Positions 60,180 to 64,000 of a DNA stretch of 64,000 bases are shown one piece after another. How positions within the stretch are numbered: the stretch's first letter is position 1; every line of letters starts with the position of its first letter. The stretch is from the NCBI GenBank assembly GCA_021808545.1, contig JAKBBM010000001.1, positions 21,330-85,329 on the forward strand. Direction: 5' to 3'. The notes below the pieces were generated by a model that saw nothing but the letters and a program-made list of their open reading frames with translations, was not told the DNA's origin and did no database searches. A program made the position numbers and the translations under genes. The stretch comes from Pseudomonadota bacterium (lineage in GTDB: Bacteria; Pseudomonadota; Alphaproteobacteria; Acetobacterales; Acetobacteraceae).

Positions 60180-61354
60180 GCGCCGCGCAGTACGGCCAGA
60201 CCTTGGTCCAAATCTTCGATCAGGTCGTCGGGATTCTCGAGCCCGACATGAAAACGGGCAAGCTCACCCTCGAACACGCCCGTGCCGGCTGAGCGGTGGA
60301 TGGTGCCCGTGGTTGGCAGTACCAGGCTTTCATACCCGCCCCAGCTCGCGCCGATGCCGAATAATTGCAGCGCGTCGATCATGCGCACGATATCTTCGGC
60401 CGAAAATTGCGGCCGGAACACGACGCCAAACAGGCCGCACGCGCCGGTGAAATCGCGCTGGAAGAATTCATGTCCCGGGCAGGAGGGCAGGGCTGGATGC
60501 AGCACCCGTGCGACTTCCGGCCGGGCCGCGAACCAGGTGGCGATGCGCCGCCCCGCCTCATCCTGCGCGCGCAGCCGCACCAGCAATGTGCGCAAGCCCC
60601 GCAGGGCCAGCCAGCAATCATCGGGGCTGGCGTAATTGCCCAGCTCCAGCGCACCCCGGCGCAGCCAGTGCCAATCCTCGTCCGTGTTCACGGTTATGGC
60701 GCCCAGAATAATGTCGGAATGGCCGCCCGCATATTTGGTCAGGGCCTGAATGGAGACATCGACCCCATGCTGGAAGGGCTGGAAATGGTGCAGGCCCCAG
60801 GTATTGTCCATAAAAACCTTGGCCCCGCGCGCATGCGCAACGCGGGCGAGCATGGGAATATCTTGCACTTCGAACGTATGGCTGCCGGGGCTTTCGGTGA
60901 ACAGCACGCGGGTTTGCGGGCGGAACAGCGCGGCAATACCCGGCTCGTCCAGCATGGGGTCGTAATAGCTGGTTTCAACCCCAAAGCGGCGCAGCACATT
61001 GTCGCAAAAGGTACGGCTTGGCCCATAGACCGAATCGGGCATCAGCAGATGATCCCCAGCGTTCAGATACGCCAGCAGCGGCACGGTAATGGCCGACAGG
61101 CCCGAGCCGGTAATCTGGCAATGGCGTCCGCCCTCTATGGTGGCGATGGCGTTTTCCAGCGCGAAATGCGTCTCGTTGCCGCAGAGGCCATAAATCTCGA
61201 CCGGTTCCAGAATATGCCGGCCGGTCTCGCGCTTGGCCGCCATGCTGGGGAACAGCACGGTGGAGCCGCGTTTGAGCGGCGGGTTGACCAAGCCCTGCTG
61301 CTTTACCGGCTGGCGGCCGGCCTGGACCATCGCCGTCTCGATCTTTTTTGCCAT
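60176..61354 (-). CDS. metC: Cystathionine beta-lyase (PLP)
   Basis: VNPPLKRGSTVLF, YGLCG, SGLSAI, ESPGSHTFE.QDIP, DNTW, ALTKYAGGHSD (PLP Lys), GASWGGYESL, RFHVGLE. Confidence 0.93.
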   Translation of the reverse strand: MAKKIETAMVQAGRQPVKQQGLVNPPLKRGSTVLFPSMAAKRETGRHILEPVEIYGLCGNETHFALENAIATIEGGRHCQITGSGLSAITVPLLAYLNAGDHLLMPDSVYGPSRTFCDNVLRRFGVETSYYDPMLDEPGIAALFRPQTRVLFTESPGSHTFEVQDIPMLARVAHARGAKVFMDNTWGLHHFQPFQHGVDVSIQALTKYAGGHSDIILGAITVNTDEDWHWLRRGALELGNYASPDDCWLALRGLRTLLVRLRAQDEAGRRIATWFAARPEVARVLHPALPSCPGHEFFQRDFTGACGLFGVVFRPQFSAEDIVRMIDALQLFGIGASWGGYESLVLPTTGTIHRSAGTGVFEGELARFHVGLENPDDLIEDLDQGLAVLRGA

Positions 61355-62191
61355 CTATACCTCGATGGGCGTATCGTTCCTGCCGCCCCATTCCGCCCAA
61401 GAGCCATCATAAATCGCGGCGTCCGGCAAGCCCGCGAGGCACAGCCCCAGAGCGAGAACGCAGGCCGTGATGCCCGAGCCGCAACTGGCGATGACAGGCC
61501 GGGTTGGCGAGATCCCGGCGGCGGTAAAGCGCGCGCGCAAATCTGGCGGGGGCAGAAACCGACCATTTTCGAGAAGCTCGCCAAAAGGCAGGTTGGTCGC
61601 ACCCGGAATATGCCCACTTTTCATGCCAGGGCGCGGCTCGGGCACGGTGCCGGCAAAGCGGGGGGCTGCGCGGGCATCAAGCACCAAGGCTGTTTTGGTG
61701 GTCAGGTTTTGGCGCAGATCATCCAGCCCACGCACCATCTCGGGCCGGAAGCGGGCGGTGAAGCGGCTTGGTTGGGCTGGCGGCGGCGCGCCTTGTTCCA
61801 CGGCGCCGCCCGCCGCGATCCAGGCCGGCAGGCCGCCATCGAGCACGCGCACATTGTCATGTCCGAACACGCGGAACATCCACCACAGGCGCGGCGCCGA
61901 GAAAATGCCTCGCTGGTCGTACACCACAACGCGGGTTGTCGCGCCAATACCAAGGAGGCTGGCGGCGGCGGCGAAATCGGCGGCGCTGGGCAGCATGTGC
62001 GGCAAAGAGGAGGTGCGGTCGCACACCTGGTCGAGATTGAAAAACCGCGCGCCGGGCAGATGCGCCTGCGTGAACAGGGCGGCGGCGTCCTGATTCTCGT
62101 TGGGTAGATAATAGGTGGCGTCCAGTACAGCCAGTCCGGGTGTGCCGGACTGCTTGATCAATTCTCCGGCGCCGATGAGGGGGGTGGGCAA
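61355..62191 (-). CDS. sseA: 3-mercaptopyruvate/thiosulfate sulfurtransferase (two-domain rhodanese)
   Basis: HLPGARFF, RLWWMFRVFGH, LDGGLPAW, GHIPGA, catalytic CGSGITAC, YDGSWAEW; TTG start 62191 inferred. Confidence 0.93.
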   Translation of the reverse strand: MPTPLIGAGELIKQSGTPGLAVLDATYYLPNENQDAAALFTQAHLPGARFFNLDQVCDRTSSLPHMLPSAADFAAAASLLGIGATTRVVVYDQRGIFSAPRLWWMFRVFGHDNVRVLDGGLPAWIAAGGAVEQGAPPPAQPSRFTARFRPEMVRGLDDLRQNLTTKTALVLDARAAPRFAGTVPEPRPGMKSGHIPGATNLPFGELLENGRFLPPPDLRARFTAAGISPTRPVIASCGSGITACVLALGLCLAGLPDAAIYDGSWAEWGGRNDTPIEV

Positions 62192-62195
62192 ACGC

Positions 62196-63074
62196 TCAGC
62201 CGTGCGCGGCCGCGGCCAGGGCGCGGACACGCTCAGCCGCCGCCGCACCTTTCACCGCGTCGCGCCAGGCCAGTTCGGAGACGCGCTGATGCGCGGCCAC
62301 GGCATCCTCGGCACTGGTGATCATGGCGGCGCCAGACTGCATGTCGGGCAGCGCATCGGATGGGAAGGGGTTGATGGCCAGCGTTGCGCGCTCGCGCGAG
62401 CGCAGCAAGGTGAAGGGGCCGTTTGGCTCGCCCTGGGCCATCAGCCCGAGTTGCAGGCCGATCGGCTCGCTCTCCATCAGGTTGGCGACCAGCTCGATCT
62501 CGCGCAGCGCCACTTCGCGCGCGGCGGCGCGCAGCCGGTCGCTGACTTGGGCCGCCGGCGCGATGCCTTCGGCCAGAAAGCGCTGGATGGAGGCGGTGGT
62601 AAGAATGCCAATGATGGAGGGTTTGCGCATTGCATACATGCGTTTGCGCGCGATCATCACGCTCATCAGCTGTTCGGCAGCGGCCCGCGCGGCCAGATGC
62701 TCAACCCCTTGTGCCTGGGCATGCTCCTCGAACATCTGTGCCAGGATGGAATCATACTGGTCCGAGGTAATGAGATAGCAGGTGGGGCCGAAAACCTGGA
62801 GGATCTGGTCCGATGTTTCCTCAATCTGGCGCAGCCGTTCGGCATAGCCCACTGGCTTGGTGTAATATTCCACCCCGATGCCAAGCAGGGTCAGCGGCGA
62901 GATCTGCAGCAGCTCGGCCAGGCGGTTGACCGTGTCGAGCTTGATGACCTCGCCTTTTTCGTAACGGTACAGGGCCGCGCGCGAAACGCCGAGCCGGGCG
63001 GAAATCTCCTCCGCCTTCAGGCCGGATTCCATGCGGTAGGCGCGCAATTGCTGCCCAATTTCATTAAAACGCAT
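62196..63074 (-). CDS. XRE-family HTH regulator with uncharacterised C-terminal domain
   Basis: IGQQLRAYRMESGLKAEEISARLGVSRAALYRYEKG...LAELL. Confidence 0.85.
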   Translation of the reverse strand: MRFNEIGQQLRAYRMESGLKAEEISARLGVSRAALYRYEKGEVIKLDTVNRLAELLQISPLTLLGIGVEYYTKPVGYAERLRQIEETSDQILQVFGPTCYLITSDQYDSILAQMFEEHAQAQGVEHLAARAAAEQLMSVMIARKRMYAMRKPSIIGILTTASIQRFLAEGIAPAAQVSDRLRAAAREVALREIELVANLMESEPIGLQLGLMAQGEPNGPFTLLRSRERATLAINPFPSDALPDMQSGAAMITSAEDAVAAHQRVSELAWRDAVKGAAAAERVRALAAAAHG

Positions 63075-63125
63075 CTATAAACCTCTTACCACACCTCAAA
63101 ACCATAGGCATGTATCTATATTGTG

Positions 63126-63138
63126 TGAGATAATCTCA
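63126..63138. promoter_or_regulatory. Perfect inverted repeat TGAGAT-A-ATCTCA (candidate operator)
   Basis: Lies in an AT-rich divergent promoter region ~50 bp upstream of the XRE gene. Confidence 0.45.
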
Positions 63139-63266
63139 AGAAACAAGGCACTTCACCAATGAAAACGCCGGATGCCGGGATTAACAACGGCGCCCGCCGC
63201 GTGAGCATGAGGGGCGGATATGGCGCCGCTCTTGCTGCCGGCCATGAACCCCGGCATCAGTGAGGC

Positions 63267-64000
63267 ATGAAACCCGACCGGATCATTTTTCTGTCCCTGG
63301 CCGTGGCCCTTGGGTTGGGCTGCGCGCTGATCTTGCGCCCCTTCCTGCCCGCCATGCTGTGGGCGGCTATTCTGGTTTATTGCCTGTGGCCGGTTTATGC
63401 TTGGCTGTGCCGGCATATCAGGCCCTCGATCGCGGCTCTGGCCGTGACGCTGGTGGTGGCCGCCGTGGTGCTGGTGCCGCTGGCGCATTTGGGGCTGGTT
63501 GCGGCCAAGGAGGCGCAGAATGGCCGTCTCTGGCTGCAAGGGGTGCTGCAAAATGGGTTGCCGCCCGCGCCGCCCTTTTTACAGAAAATTCCGCTAATCG
63601 GCAGCCTGCTCACGGATTTTTGGAATAATTCGGCGAATGATCTGGGGGGCGCTGCAAGCACGTTGCAGCCCGTGCTGGGCACGGTGGCGCAGTCGGGCAT
63701 TCATCTGCTCCTGCGTATCACGCATGGGCTGGTCAGTACCGTGGTGGCGCTGTGTATCTCTTATTTCTTTTTCCTGTCTGGTGCCGTGATCGTGGCGCGG
63801 ATGCGCTTACTGCTCGCCCGTATCATCAACGTGACCAAGGTGGATGAATTGTTCACGCTGGTCGCCGCGACCGTGCGCGGCGTGGTGTTTGGCATTCTCG
63901 GCACGGCGGCGTTCCAGGGCGTGCTGTATGCGGTGGGGTTCGAGATCGCGCGCGCGCCCAAGGCCCTGCTCCTGGCCAGTCTCGCCGGTCTGGTCTCCAT
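63267..64000 (+). CDS. AI-2E (UPF0118) family transporter, 3'-truncated by window edge
   Basis: My translation from ATG 63267 (absent from the ORF track because there is no stop): MKPDRIIFLSL...LRPFLPAMLWAAILVYCLWPVY...TVRGVVFGILGTAAFQGVL. Confidence 0.85.
   Translation, partial: MKPDRIIFLSLAVALGLGCALILRPFLPAMLWAAILVYCLWPVYAWLCRHIRPSIAALAVTLVVAAVVLVPLAHLGLVAAKEAQNGRLWLQGVLQNGLPPAPPFLQKIPLIGSLLTDFWNNSANDLGGAASTLQPVLGTVAQSGIHLLLRITHGLVSTVVALCISYFFFLSGAVIVARMRLLLARIINVTKVDELFTLVAATVRGVVFGILGTAAFQGVLYAVGFEIARAPKALLLASLAGLVS

Noticed and set aside
60365-62107. 580-aa plus-strand ORF
   Set aside because: Antisense shadow of metC/sseA.
63153-63700. Several short ORFs in the track (63153-63551, 63260-63628, 63395-63700)
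   Set aside because: Superseded by the AI-2E frame starting at 63267, which runs off the window.

Overview
A high-GC alphaproteobacterial chromosomal segment, most consistent with an acidophilic Acetobacteraceae such as Acidocella or Acidiphilium. This placement is an inference from protein similarities, the pcm-tolC-popZ-valS order and the rusticyanin-like and acid-shock-like proteins. About 60 CDS and 3 tRNAs (Gln-CUG, Gly-GCC, Cys-GCA) are supported; no integrase, transposase, CRISPR array or rRNA was seen. Housekeeping genes (eno, rlmE, guaB, panC, purU, folD, valS, metC), sulfate activation (cysD-cysNC-cysQ), a cyoABCD quinol oxidase and cydDC are interspersed with accessory loci. The strongest candidates for undescribed biology are: (1) a translationally coupled pair of TPR-scaffolded enzymes, a SEC-C/TPR sulfotransferase-like protein and a TPR glycosyltransferase; (2) a three-gene unit of a small membrane protein, a His-rich multi-TM chemoreceptor and an SCO protein; (3) a rusticyanin-like blue copper protein with a Met/Gly-rich extension; (4) a ~105-bp double-hairpin MITE-like element that supplies a stop codon; (5) an Asr-like His/Lys-rich secreted peptide; (6) a PopZ with a perfect (GATGAG)6 acidic tract. 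All functional calls come from motif recognition by eye; no searches were run.
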